From the NCBI GenBank assembly GCA_050575255.1, contig JBNZDD010013632.1, positions 2,426,480 to 2,490,479 on the forward strand: a DNA stretch of 64,000 nt, read 5' to 3'. Shown here piece by piece: positions 50,141 through 63,497 of the stretch. Under the pieces are notes generated by a model. It made no database searches, was not told the DNA's origin, and saw only the letters and a program-made list of their open reading frames with translations. Each line of letters starts with the position of its first letter. The first letter of the stretch is position 1. The translations under genes were made by a program, and so were the position numbers. The DNA is from Harriotta raleighana. Lineage: Eukaryota.

Positions 50141-51180
50141 CTCCCCGTCTCTTTCCCTCCTCCCTCTCTCCCTGTCTCTCCCTTCCCTCCCTCCCCGTCT
50201 CTCTCTTTCCCTCCTCCCTCTCTCCCNNNNNNNNNNNNNNNNNNNNNNNNNNNNNNNNNNNNNNNNNNNNNNNNNNNNNNNNNNNNNNNNNNNNNNNNNN
50301 NNNNNNNNNNNNNNNNNNNNNNNNNNNNNNNNNNNNNNNNNNNNNNNNNNNNNNNNNNNNNNNNNNNNNNNNNNNNNNNNNNNNNNNNNNNNNNNNNNNN
50401 NNNNNNNNNNNNNNNNNNNNNNNNNNNNNNNNNNNNNNNNNNNNNNNNNNNNNNNNNNNNNNNNNNNNNNNNNNNNNNNNNNNNNNNNNNNNNNNNNNNN
50501 NNNNNNNNNNNNNNNNNNNNNNNNNNNNNNNNNNNNNNNNNNNNNNNNNNNNNNNNNNNNNNNNNNNNNNNNNNNNNNNNNNNNNNNNNNNNNNNNNNNN
50601 NNNNNNNNNNNNNNNNNNNNNNNNNNNNNNNNNNNNNNNNNNNNNNNNNNNNNNNNNNNNNNNNNNNNNNNNNNNNNNNNNNNNNNNNNNNNNNNNNNNN
50701 NNNNNNNNNNNNNNNNNNNNNNNNNNNNNNNNNNNNNNNNNNNNNNNNNNNNNNNNNNCCCCCCCCCTCCCTCCCCGTCACTCTCTCTGCCCCACTCCCT
50801 CCCTCCCTCAACGTCTCTTTCTCTGCCCCCCTCCCTCCCTCAACGTCTTTCTCTGCCCCCCTCCCTCCCTCAACGTCTCTCTTTCTGCCTCCCTCCTTCA
50901 ACGTGTCTCTCTCCCACTCCCTCCCCGTCTCTCTCTCCCCCCTCTCTTCTCCTTCCATCTCTCTCTCCCCACTCCTCTGTCCCCCCCATCTTCCCTATCT
51001 CCCCCCTCTCTCCCTCCGTCCTCCCCCCTTCTGCCTCCTCCCCCCTTCTGCCATCTCCCCACCTCTCCCTATTCCCCCCTTCTTCTCCCTCTCCTCCTTC
51101 CTTTCCACCCCTCTTTCCATCGTTCTCCCCCCTTCTCCATTCTCCTTCTGTCCCACCCACCTCTTCTTCCCTCTCTCGTC
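50141..51180. repeat. Polypyrimidine/polypurine low-complexity tract with ~27-30 bp tandem unit (gapped)
   Basis: Almost pure C/T on +. Unit CTCTGCCCCCTCCCTCCCTCAACGTCT repeated 3-4 times at 50785-50910; flanked by N gaps. Confidence 0.9.
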
Positions 51181-52139
51181 ACAGCAGTTGTGTTTCCTAG
51201 ACTTTTTTCCGGGTTAAACAAAAACTGAAATTGTTTTGGTTTCATATCATATGGTCCTAAGCTTAGAATATTTCAACCACACCAAGAGTAGGATATATCC
51301 AAATGATTGAATGACAGCTCCACCAGGTCAAAACCAGACCAGAAAAACACACAAGAGAGATTGTTTATCCTGCTTTTATTCCTCCTAGAATAATTCCTTC
51401 AGAGGCAAACAGTTTTTTTCTATCTACGAGGATTGCCTTGAACGGAAGGAACATACGCTTTTTAGTCTTTTCAGTCAAATTTTCAGTTATGTTCAAAGTC
51501 ACTGGACTTTTCTTATGGATTGGACAGAGTTGCTGATCTCAGCTGTGACCAGAGTACATGTCTGTGAAATTGTCACTGAATTTGGTGGTGTTATCAGATC
51601 GTGCTGCTTTTAGCGATAACCACTTATCTTTAGTGGATCTCACAGACTCGTGTGAATCTGGTACTGCCACCTCATTTTTATTGCAATCAACAGCAATTTG
51701 GCAATGCAAAGCTGGACTAAAATGATCGGACGATCACCAACCAGTTCCCCAAGTTACGGCTTGGTTTTGGACTTTGACTGAATACTTTAGGGAAACTTAT
51801 TTCTCTGGTTTTGATTCATCCTTCCAAACTAATCTACACATTTTTAAATGCAGTCGGCATCACCTAATCTCTTTTTTCTTGTATTATTTCTCTACTATTC
51901 TTTTATTATTGTGGTGTTTGTGTGCTATATGGGCTTGTGCATATCCTCCTGAATATCGGGTTATTTTTGGAAAATAACGCCTTGGGGCTCAACTGAAGGA
52001 AAACTTGACATGTAAGAAACAGCAGTAACCACCTTTCATGTGCTGGATTGAAGCCCAGCTTTCAGCATGAACAGAGCTGCTGTATTTTGTATCCCCACCC
52101 TAAATTATCATGAGTTCCTAGGAACCTGAATTTCACCTC

Positions 52140-52550
52140 GGGTGGTAGCAACATCAGCATTCAAGGCTGTACTCTCCACCTCTCAAAGCCAGTCAGGATT
52201 CTGGGCGTCTTGACCCTGAGCTTGACTTCCATCACCTCCGCACCATTGCCAGACTCCACCACTGCCTCAGCCCCCATGCTGCCGAAATACTTGTCCACAG
52301 ATTCATCACATCAAGGCTCGACTACGGGAACTCTTCTTGTCGAACTTCCCAGCTCCTCTCTTCACAAGCAGCTTGTGTACTCCTGCACTAGGCTCCAAGA
52401 CTTCATTACTCCCACCCTTGCCTGACTCCACTGGCTCCCCATCCCCTAGAGGATCGAATTCAAGATCCTCATTCTCACTCATTCATGGCCTTGCCCCCGC
52501 TTATCTCTCAGACCTGCTGTCTTCCTATCAGCTTGCCCGTCCCCTCCATT
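52140..52550 (+). mobile_element. L2-clade LINE ORF2 fragment in CHM intron 1
   Basis: SRLDY-like stretch, ITPTLA*LHWLPIP*RIEFKIL, HGLAPAYLSDLL. Confidence 0.8.
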
Positions 52551-53526
52551 TGTTGAAACTGGTTTTGTTCTCCTGTTGTTAGTCATAAAATTAATTAGTT
52601 GTAAAATATAAAGTTCATCAGGAGGAGCAGTGAACACTGTATAACAACTGTCACAATATATTGCTGAATTATTACACAAATGAAACTATTTTTCTTTATT
52701 ACACAAGCCTTAGCAATTTGCCAATTTAGTGGATGATCTTTGAATATTATAAGAACCTTGATAAAGGAGGCTTTAATGAAACTAATTTAAAATGTTCCTT
52801 ATTGTTGCTCTTTTTCTAGATTATGAGATACTTTCTGGTTTTAAGGGTGCTGTCTGTTGTGTTCAGTCATTATACAAATGTTATTTTCCAAAAATAATTC
52901 CCATTGTAAAGAATTGTGTTGTTTCAAGATGAGCTTCTTCAGGGCAGAGCAGTATGATTTAAGTGACTAAATGGAAACTAGGGTTTGTTTCATGAGTAAC
53001 CCTGTTGAAATTTACCATTTCTGAGTAAATCTGTGTTTCATTTAGTAGCCCTTTGTTTGCTGAAGTAGACTAGTAAAGTACCGCTGGGAATACAGCCAGC
53101 AAAGATTTAGTCTGAATTCATTCAACAGCAAAACCACAGGTGTGACAAACATTTTTCAAAAAACCACATCACCTGTCATAAAGCATTTATCTTACCTTCC
53201 ACAAAAAACAAGCTTCACATGTATTTGATGTCTAAAGGGACTTGAAAGGACATCCTGTTGCTAGAATAGTTCAGTTCTGTCACAGTTGAATCAAAGTCGA
53301 TAGAGGTAAATGAGGTATGGTGCAGTATAAAAGACGAAATGTTAACAAGTACTTATCTCACAGTAGAGATAGTGCAGTACTCAATCAACACAATTGTAGA
53401 AAGTTTAATTTTAACTTCATAGTTATATTGAAAACCACCAGTGAAAAAGTTATGGCAATAAGTGCGGTGTGTGCTTTGTGTGAACCTTTATGTCTTCCAT
53501 TTTCAGTTTGTGTACGTTTGTTTCAG

Positions 53527-53593
53527 GACTGCAAGAGGCCATTATTGCAGCTGCTTGTTCCCGAATTGGCCAGAGGGTTCTTCATGTTGACAA
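53527..53593 (+). CDS. CHM: CHM exon 2
   Basis: tttcag| (G)LQEAIIAAACSRIGQRVLHVD(K) |gtgag. 67 nt; GDI/REP SCR1 motif. Confidence 0.95.
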
Positions 53594-54693
53594 GTGAGCA
53601 ATGTTCTGAAGTTTCTTTGAAAGAAAAGTGGCCAAATATTGAATGAGCAATGTCGATCGTATTTTCATTATCCAAATTCTTCTTTATAAACAGCAAACTT
53701 TTATTTGTATTAATACTCAAAGTGTTAAGTAACACTTTATGTGACCGCAAAGGTTTGAGGAAAAGATACAGTATTATAATCCGAAACCTGATGGTGGTTG
53801 ACAAGAATGTGACTAACTCTTGTATGAGATGTTCTGAGTGAAAGATGTTGATCTTAAATTTTTTGACAGATGCAAAATATGTTGCAAAGTGACGATAAAT
53901 TCAATCTCACAATGCGTTTAATAACAAACTATTGATTAATGCGGAGGGTGGGTCCACACTGAGGAAACAAATGGAAAGAAATTCATTTTGAGAGGCCAGG
54001 ACATTCCAACTTTTCTTACTTGTTTGTATTCTGCCTTTTTCCTGTATCTGTTTTCTCTAAATTCTTAGCTCTTGTTTAATACTTTACTTTCTTATGTTTT
54101 TTCCATCTTTAGGTTCCCCCCACAGCTGTCAACCACACCCTGTTTACTTGTCTACTTTATTTCTGAGTCACCAAGTTCTAAACTAAAGTGTTTTGTTTGT
54201 TAATGACTTAATCATTGGCAGTAAGTCTTGACTGTTGCCATGCCATAGGGACATTGCAGATTTACTGTGATTTTTACACTATTTTTAAAAAATGGTCGCC
54301 CCACACCCCCCCCACTTGTTTTCTCAGAACACGTTTCCCCCAATGAATTGTATACTGCAAAAAGAAAAATATTCATTGTCCTGAATCTGTTGAAAATCTG
54401 GAGAACTTGTGTGCTCACAGACCACATATTACTGAAATGCCATTTTCTCCAAAATATTGGCCTAAATAACATCGAATTACAGAAGCAAAATAATTCTGCT
54501 GCTCAGCTTGATACTGTTTATGTACATCATCAGCTATATGAAATAAGTGGAATATCCCTAGGATTATTGTTTAGACCTAAAGAAGTGTTTTATCAAGCAG
54601 TGGTACACACTTATATAAAAAAGTGTTATTTAAAATTAAGATTGTAGCCTAAAGGGTTTAGTTGCATTTATGTGATTTTGTGCTTCCATGCAG

Positions 54694-54766
54694 GAGGACA
54701 TATTATGGAGGCAACTGGGCCAGCTTCAGCTTTTCTGGAATGCTTTCTTGGATTGAAGAATGCAAG
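54694..54766 (+). CDS. CHM: CHM exon 3
   Basis: atgcag| [24 protein letters not shown] |gtgag. 73 nt. Confidence 0.96.
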
Positions 54767-56831
54767 GTGAGTGTTTTTCTTTTGTTAGACAGCTTTAAGA
54801 ATGTACTCATGAAATAATTTTTTTATGCTAAACCATTATTACTCCAATCTTTACACATAAGGTAAAAATTAAGACGTTTAAATATAAATCCATTTGTATG
54901 AAAATTATCTTTCAGAGTTGGGTTCTGAAATCAGGCTACTTTTAAACCTTTGCAACAAAATTACTTTTTCAAATGGACATCCAGATTCTGTTTTTTTAAT
55001 CTAATATGTTAATGTGATTTTTAATTTTCGCATGTTTCACATGTCAGTGCCTTAGGATGAAAGGCATTATACAATTGTAATTTTGTTGTTGTTATTTATA
55101 TTGGATGTGATTTTCTTTCTTGAATTGTTTATGTAACACAAATGGCTGAACATAGTGTACCAACCTTTTGTGGTTAAGAAATGGCTTTGTGTGATTTTGA
55201 TATGCAGTAGAGTGAGTTTCCATGTCACCTGTTTCATTTGCTACCTGTCATCTCTGTCAGTGTAGCTCGTAATAGATGGGGTGGGGGGGGGGCCCAAAAC
55301 ACAAGTGGAAATCAATGTGGTGCAGTCCTGCATTAAATTGTTGGACATGTTTCAACCCAGTTGCAATTGACCATGAACTCGTAGAATAAAATTGCCTATA
55401 GTTCAGCAAGAATTGGCTTTGAAGTCTTGCACTGTGAACCCACAAGAACACAGAATAAAGCTTGAAAAGGTTAAGATCAGCATAGTTCGGATCTCAGTAT
55501 TCTACATTGTGAGATGCCGTCTCTTCTGCACATGTCATATTTTTAAAATATGCTCCCGGTGCGAGAATTGGAAAATGTGCACTGGTGTATTAGAGGGTAT
55601 ACTTTCATTTTTGGGCAAAAGTAGGACATCAATTGGAGCTATTTTGTGTAACTTGGTATTTAAAAACAGGCTGAAAATGGTGCACCAAAAGGTAAATCTG
55701 TTCCAGACATCAAAATGGATATTTCTCATTTGAAAGAGAGAATAAGAAAAGCAAAAGACATCCTCCCGACGTGAAAGGCACTATATAAATGTAATTTTGA
55801 TTGATTGATTGATTGAAGAGGGGAAAATATCCCAAAGATAATTACTACCAGTTTATCCTTGTGATTTCAAGGATGATTTAAAAACTGCTAGATTTTTTCT
55901 TCAGAGAAAAACAGTTCTCTCCTTTTAATATACAACGTTTTATGGCTAAACAAACTGGCTGGCATCAGAGCTCCCATATTTTGGCCAATGGCACTTTTTA
56001 GATTGGCTGTAGTAGGTTCTGTGAAATGAGATTAATGTCTTCACCAGTGAAGCTGATCGGATAACCTGGGCGCAATATCATTTATTACTCATGAGTTATG
56101 GTCAGTCTCACAAATAGAGATACTTATTATTACCGCTGGCCATGACCTATTTATCGCCCACCTTTAAAATGAACAAAGTGCTTGCTGTAAGTGGGCGTGT
56201 ACGATCCTGAAAATAGATGTTTGAGTCTCGTGAAGCAGAATTTAATAAGTGTAACATTTAATCCAATCTGAAGAGAAGACAGAGTGTAATTGGAGACTTG
56301 TGTGAAACAATTTGATTTTTAAAATTAAATTTCTGAATTAAGTTTAAAGTAACATGTAAAAAAAAATATAAGTTCAATGGGTTCCTACACCCCTCTAAAA
56401 AAAAAAGTGGGGTTAATTATAATTTAATGTGACAGTGACCTTATTTGAGGCAATGCATTTTAGATATTTATGGTTCTTTAAAAAATGAAAAGTAAATTGA
56501 CATTTTTTAACATTTATTCACGGTATATTTGTATATATTCTCTTGACACCTTGTAATCTATATTTAAGGCACACATTTCTCTCTGTTAATGCTGTACAGG
56601 TTACCTGGATGCCCTCTATTCAGGAAATGTCTGTGGAACTAACCAAAAACTCAATGTTAGTTGAAGGTTCTATGACATTTTCTTCATCAGTTTTTGGCAC
56701 CATAATAGTAAAATCAGTGCATTGAGAAACATCGATAAAACACACCAGATACTCTAGGTTCTTTTGGGAATCACTGTTTACAAATTCTAGTTGAAATTTT
56801 TAAGTTGCCTTTTATCTTATTTCACTGTCAG

Positions 56832-56956
56832 GGTCAGACGTCGAGCAGTTCAGAGACTGTTAATTGGCAGTGCAAGATACTAGAAGGGGAGGATACCATC
56901 CTGCTTGATCAAGTGGATCATTCCATTGAGAATGTAGAAGTCTTCAGCTTTGTCAG
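56832..56956 (+). CDS. CHM: CHM exon 4
   Basis: tgtcag| GQTSSSSETVNWQCKILEGEDTILLDQVDHSIENVEVFSFV(S) |gtgtgt. 125 nt; resembles human WQDQILENEEAI...IQHVEVFCYAS. Confidence 0.9.
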
Positions 56957-57459
56957 GTGTGTACGCAGACGTCTTGCTAGAATCAAAATCCTGTTATAGT
57001 TCATTCATGTTTGCCTAACACCTACTTCCAATATAAGGTAATGAATGATGGGTATAAAATGTAAACATTTTAATAAAGGTCATAGTTGCTTTTAATTTGA
57101 GAATTTCAGCACTAAAAGGACATCTTGCATAGTGATGCATTATATAAATGTGATTTTATTCAAGTGAATGTTAAAGCTCTTTCAACTTTGTGATTGCTAC
57201 TGATCCTATAGCATACTATCTTGCCTCATAATTCTCATATACAATAACCTGCTTGATTCTGGTGTCCTTGGTCGAATTCTGGTTTTAAAGTGTTATATGT
57301 GGGAAGAGAAAGAAGACATTTGGGAGACAATTTTCCATTATTGTCCAATTTGTCTTCTTGAAACCTGCGGTTGAAAATACTTGGTCCTTTTATTTGAAGA
57401 TGGTGACAAGAATTTAAAATGGCCAACACAGATCATCTTTATGTTTGATCTGTGATGTA

Positions 57460-57665
57460 CGATTCCCCCAAAAAACAATAATAATAAATTGGTCATTTCA
57501 ATCCATGACTGTTTGGGTAGATAGTTTGATATTGGCTGCCGCATTTTGCCCACAAAATATACAGTCAATTTACTTCACAGTATATTCTATGAAGCGCTTT
57601 GAGACATCTAGAAGAAGTGAAAAGTGCAATATCAAATGCTTGGATTATTATTGTTATTATTATAA
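57460..57665 (+). mobile_element. SINE 3' part in CHM intron 4
   Basis: TTGGCTGCCGCATTTTGCCCACAAAATATACAGTCAATT...AAGCGCTTTGAGACATCTAGAAGA + ATT tail. Confidence 0.85.
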
Positions 57666-58342
57666 CACTGTTCCTGTGCTCACGAGGGTTTTCATCCTGA
57701 ACTATTGGATTTCTATAGGTGTGAGCTGTCAGACATACATTTCTATTTATATAATTGCTCTAGTACATTGACATAATTGTACATTCATGAACTGACCTTC
57801 TTCTTTTCATAATTTGAGTATCTGTCTTAATATTTAAGCAGAGAGAGCTTACAGAGTGCTCAAGATGGAAGATAACTGTTTTAAATTTATTTTTTTATTT
57901 GCATCTTGACCCAACAAAATATTTTATGGGTTCCACAGAAGAGACAAAAAAGAATTGTTTAGATTATTCTAAGGAGCTGAAAAGACAGCTTCTCATTGGA
58001 ATTAATGTTAATAACATTATAATAATAACGCTTGCATTTTGATATAGCACTTGATATAGAATTTATATGGAATTTGATATAGAATGAAGAGAGAATCCAG
58101 ATATACCTTCACATTATCCTTGAGGAATATTCAATACCAGCTTCTCACTATTGTTGACTTTAAGAACATCATTGTTCAGGCTCCGTTGAGAAAATAGTAT
58201 ACCTAAGTAATGCATAATCAGGATACAGTGTAGCATAATCCAACATAGAAATCATGATTGACAACGAAGGAACTATCAAATCTTTGGAGATTGCTAAGGT
58301 GTTTGGCTTATTATAATTAATGTTTTTTTCTTCAATTTACAG

Positions 58343-58772
58343 TCCAGGCACAGAGGAAGGTGCGGAAGAAGCAGTAGGTGTTCAAATTAAGCAAGCTGAC
58401 GTAGATTCCAGTGACGAGAGTAAGAATGCGGTATTGAATCAAAGCGAGGAAAGTCAGAGTTGTAAAGCCACACCAAGTGATGATGTGGAATCTCCTACAC
58501 AATTACCTGATGATCAACAAGTTCAGCTCTCAACAAAAGATGGCCCCTCTGAAACATCTTGCCCAGAAGACAAATCTACCACCAGTGAAAAGGATATTGA
58601 TAAGAAGGAAATCCCAATAACTCCAGCAGTTGATGATGGAAATGAAGCCAACAATGCAGAGAAACCCAGTACAACATTTGCTACTCAGGAAGTGAAGGAA
58701 GAGATGAAAAAGATGACTTATTCCCAGATTGTGAAAAATGGCAGAAAATTCAACATCGATTTGACTTCAAAG
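58343..58772 (+). CDS. CHM: CHM exon 5 (acidic REP-specific insert)
   Basis: ttacag| PGTEEGAEE...KKMTYSQIVKNGRKFNIDLTSK |gtaagg. 430 nt, frame-consistent with neighbouring exons; the end matches REP TYSQI..GR.FNIDL. Confidence 0.92.
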
Positions 58773-59402
58773 GTAAGGTTGTTGTCAGTGAATAATTCTT
58801 AGAGCCAGGTTTGTCTGATTGAACAATGAGTCAAAAATGGGTCTAGAATTAGTTAAGACTGCTGATTACTTATTGGTTTATATTTATTAGTGTAGAATAA
58901 AGAAGATCAATCACTATCTGCATTATAACCAAGTAAACTTGTGAGGTATAATTTAAAATATTTGATCCTTTGAGTTCAGTGTTAGGGAAAAAATTGTTCT
59001 CTTCTCTGAGAACATTTAAATGCAAGTTGTTGTTGTTATTCCTAAGTGCTCTGAGAGCTTACCCGGTATAGAGAGGGCTATCTATATAAAATGCAAGTTA
59101 TTTATTTGTGATACAGCACAATTTTTTAATTCACATTCTTTGTGAAAAGCTAAAATAAAGGCACAACGACAGTATCATGGTTATGATCCAACCTTGAAGA
59201 TGTCCATTTTGAATATTAAACATTTTAAAAATTCAGGGAAGAATCATTTGTTTTGAATGTTAGTCTTATTTTATTAGCAAGATCATTACAAAAGCTTAGC
59301 GGACTCGTGTAATTTTGTTTTGCGTTTCAAACTGTTACAGTACAAGTACTCATTTACAATACAAGGTTTGCTAAATCGAGCTAAATATTTTATGTTATCC
59401 AG

Positions 59403-59519
59403 TTCCTGTATTCCCGTGGCCCACTGGTTGATCTTCTAATCAAGTCTAATGTCAGCCGATACACAGAATTCAAGAATGTGACCAGGGTACTTACATGCCT
59501 AGGAGGACAAATTGAGCAG
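59403..59519 (+). CDS. CHM: CHM exon 6
   Basis: atccag| [39 protein letters not shown] |gtattc. 117 nt. Confidence 0.96.
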
Positions 59520-60399
59520 GTATTCTGTTGTGATTTCTAAAGTTGCTTCTTGAAATCCATGGACTTTGATGTACCGTATATATTATAACATTGAGTAGTT
59601 GAATTAATGGGGTAACAGATATTGTTATCCACACGAGATCTTGCCATTGTCCAAAATGGCATTGAGAAAATGATAAAAACTATTGTTTTGAATTCAAGCC
59701 TGTACTCTAATCAAAAGATGCCATTACTTATAACTCCACACTGGGATTGGTAATTACAGGATACAACAATATTCAATAATTTCTTGCTTTGCTGAAGAAA
59801 TCTGTTGAAATAAAGTAACCAGAATTAAAAATCCACATGATGAAGACGTGTTTAATCTTTCATTTTGGGGGTTAAATGCGAGGAACAATTTATTATGGCA
59901 TAGCAGCAATCACATTTTCTTCCAGTCTTGCACTTTTAAGAAGCTGGATGAATGTGTGCTATGAAATGGAGAGAATAATTTAATATTTCAATCCTATCAA
60001 TCCCCAAGACTGTTCAAGCAGTCAACCTATCAACCTTTAGATTTAATAATCTGAAGCTATAAAGCCAGAGTATTGGTTTATTCTGAGAATGGAATAAAAC
60101 GTTCCACATGTCCAAAACATGAAACAAATTTACTGAAGAGTATTTATTGAAGAAGAACAATGATAGTAAATCTGCATAAAGGTTTAGTTTTTCATTTGAG
60201 TCCACAGGGCTAGCTTTGCATCCAACCGTATTACTATGATTCCTATTTAATTGTCATTTTGAAACACCAAAAAAATGAGATGGATTCAGTATGAGATGTT
60301 AACGCTTTTCCTTTGGTTATAAATGTGCTGAATAATTTGCTGATTATCTTTAAGAAGATTTTTTTAATGACAGAATTATCCTATCCTCTTCCATCCTAG

Positions 60400-60520
60400 G
60401 TTCCTTGTTCCAGGGCAAATGTATTTGCCAACAAACGGCTCACAGTCGTGGAGAAACGAATGTTAATGAAGTTTCTCACTTTCTGTTTGGAGTATGAGCA
60501 ACACACAGATGAATTCCAAG
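60400..60520 (+). CDS. CHM: CHM exon 7
   Basis: tcctag| [40 protein letters not shown](G) |gtagct. 121 nt. Confidence 0.96.
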
Positions 60521-60804
60521 GTAGCTGTGTGATCAACGCCATCGTGTAGGAGATGGACACATTTTAGTTTTGTCTATCAGGAATATTGCTTGGCTTTTAA
60601 AAATATGATTAATAGATAGGTGGTGATAATATGAATGGTGACACCTGTGTCACCATATTCCAGTAGGAGGCAGAAATGATTCAGGTGCCTTGAAATCGGG
60701 GAGATAATTGATGACTGATTTGTGGTATTTTTGCGGCTTTAAACTGATATTACCTTTTGAAATTAAATTAAAACAAATAATTCTTTACTATTTTTAATGT
60801 ACAG

Positions 60805-61027
60805 GTTTTCAGGACACAGCATATTCAGAATATCTGAAGACCAAGAAGTTAACTGAAAACTTGCAATATTTTATTTTGCATTCTATTGCTATGGTCTCAG
60901 ACACTACCCACACTATGGAGGGGCTCAAAGCAACCCAAAATTTCTTACAGTGCCTTGGCCGCTATGGGAACACACCCTTCCTTTTTTCCTTGTATGGTGT
61001 TGGAGAAATACCACAATGCTTTTGCAG
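60805..61027 (+). CDS. CHM: CHM exon 8
   Basis: gtacag| [73 protein letters not shown](R) |gtatgt. 223 nt. Exon 9 (MCAVFGG...) not found in the window. Confidence 0.96.
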
Positions 61028-63384
61028 GTATGTTAAGTGCTTTTTAATGATCATCACGCCTTCTAAATGGTTGAGTTATTTCTATATGTTATGATTGGAG
61101 AAATAAAATTCTGTGAGTTGAATAGAAAGGTCCTAAAATGTAGGATGCAGTTACTTTTTCTTAATCTTCAAAAGTTGGAAAGTTGCACATTAATATTTCT
61201 GGAATATATTTTCTGTTTGTGTATGGTTTATCTTGCGCACTGCTTAACAGATGAATCCTGAGATGTTTTACAATCTTCATGTAGGATTTTCTTAATGTAT
61301 TGCCTGAAGTGAGTTTAGATAATCTGATCTAAAGCGAGCAGTTGTCAGGTCATGACTTTCATTGGTATAGCATGGTGATTTTAAGTCTGTGATCAGAAAA
61401 TAAATGTATACCTAAACAAATAAATTAATCATGGGTCCCATACTACCAATAATGGTAATTTATTTAGAGCCTTTGGGGCATTGATATATTCAATTGCTGT
61501 AGTGGCAGGTTGCAGTGCCTGCTGGAGACATGGATTGATATGCTTTGGAAAATGTCCCAGCTGGTGAGGATCTTATATTTTCTCTAACTGAAACAACATG
61601 TATTGTGTACCATTTCCATTATATGTGTCTTTGGTAATGCAGCCACAATTATGACGTTTGTATTGAAATTGACTGGGATTACTAATTTGTGTTTTGATAT
61701 GACTTGGAGCTTGTCATAGTTTCAAACTTGAGCATTATTTCTTCAACTCAGCGATTTATGTGAACTGACTTACATGAACCTTCATCATATGCCTTTGATA
61801 TTGTTATAGCTTAATATTTTTATCTGGTTATAAATATTTTAACAGTTCAGAACTGTCATCTATTATGAATAGGTAACTGGGCAGTGAATACCACTGCAGT
61901 TCTCTCCAATGTCACAGCAAGATGAGTAATTTCTAATGCCTCTAAATAGTTAACTTTTGGGATATTTAAAATATAATATGTACATCAGAGTTTTGTGCAT
62001 TAAGCCTCTCCGTGACAATCACTATCTAGGTAGTTGGCATCTGTTTGTTGCAAGTGCATTGAATCTCTTACTGTAGTGGAAATGTATTTGTTTTGGCAAG
62101 AGCACTTTAAAATTGAATTGAGCTTTACTTTAATCTTTGTGCACTTTGTTCAGAAGGAGGGCTAATTTTTTTGTCATTGTCCTGCTAGACAGATGTATTT
62201 GTTTGTAATTTTATTTTAGAATAGTTAAGTAGTGGAACATTTTTAGTTGCAAAACCCATCGCCAGTGGATTTTTTGTGCCGAGTTTTAATTGAGAAACAT
62301 CACTAAATGCATATACTTAATGTTTGCAATTTTAGACTGTGAAAGTTCTAATGGGGAAAAACAAGATCATCTATTGATCTGAAGTACCTGTTTATCGAGA
62401 TGTGGATAAATAGCACAATTTGCATTTAACTTATTCACAGATCAATGATCATTGCAGTTAATATCACAGCAAAATGCACAGTTCTTGTATATCACTTTTG
62501 GATAGGAATAGACTTTTATAAATAGCTTTCAATCTATTAAACTTGTCCATTAAGTGGATTAATTCTACACATTTTACTAAAGAAACGGGGGGGGGGGTTA
62601 TATCAGCTGTATATAGTATGTCAAAAGGCCAAGTTTAAGAGAAAGTGCTAAACACATATTCAGATTTACCCAACAGTGGATTAGAGAACATTTCAATGAA
62701 AAACAGCAGTCACTTGACGTCTTTGCAAGCCCTCAGAATTGAAGTGGAGGAAACGGGGCAAATCTGAACACCCAGTTAACTGGTTAACTTTCTTTTAAAA
62801 TTGATATCCACTAGAATTGCACGAGTTGTATTTTCTTTAAATTATATTTATCAGCCAGTGATGCAGCTCATTTGTGTTCCAATGTGTTTGCTATGGTTTT
62901 GTGAGATGTGCATTGATGGTGCTATTCCCCATGTGATATTAAGGCATAATAAATTGGTTCAGTTTCATGTAAGGTCTAAATCTGAGCAGTTTAAATCAAA
63001 TTTCATGGCCATCATGCAAGGTATTAAATATTTGTTAAACATTTCTGGTTTATTGAATTGCATACTGGAATGTAAAATATGTAACTTCTTTTATTCTGCT
63101 ACCCATCAAAGAAGAAAAACATGTAATGAGAGAAGCATGAATAATTTGTTGAGGGAGGGTTTAAATATAATCTTTGCAAAATGATTATCAAATAGAAACC
63201 TACCACTCAATTTTGTGACCTCCTTTCCACATGAAGCAATCTTACAGCACAAGTACAATGCATTATGGAATGCAAAACAGTGCATGGTGTTTATTGAAAG
63301 AGATTGACTTAAATTGATGTTACATGATATGAGTCGGTCAGCATTATACAGTAAATCATGAAGTCCTATATACAAGTGATATTT

Positions 63385-63497
63385 GTGTAGTTATTTCGCC
63401 TACAAAATATAGTCAATTCATTTTACAGTATATTTTGTGAAGCACTTTGAGACGTCTAGAAGACATGATAAGGTATATAAAATACAAGGATTATTGT
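63385..63497 (+). mobile_element. SINE 3' fragment in CHM intron 8
   Basis: TTTCGCCTACAAAATATAGTCAATTCA...AAGCACTTTGAGACGTCTAGAAGACATGA...AAGGATTATT. Confidence 0.8.

Noticed and set aside
49876-51228. 450-aa and 357-aa ORFs
   Set aside because: Made of N gaps and low-complexity C/T sequence.
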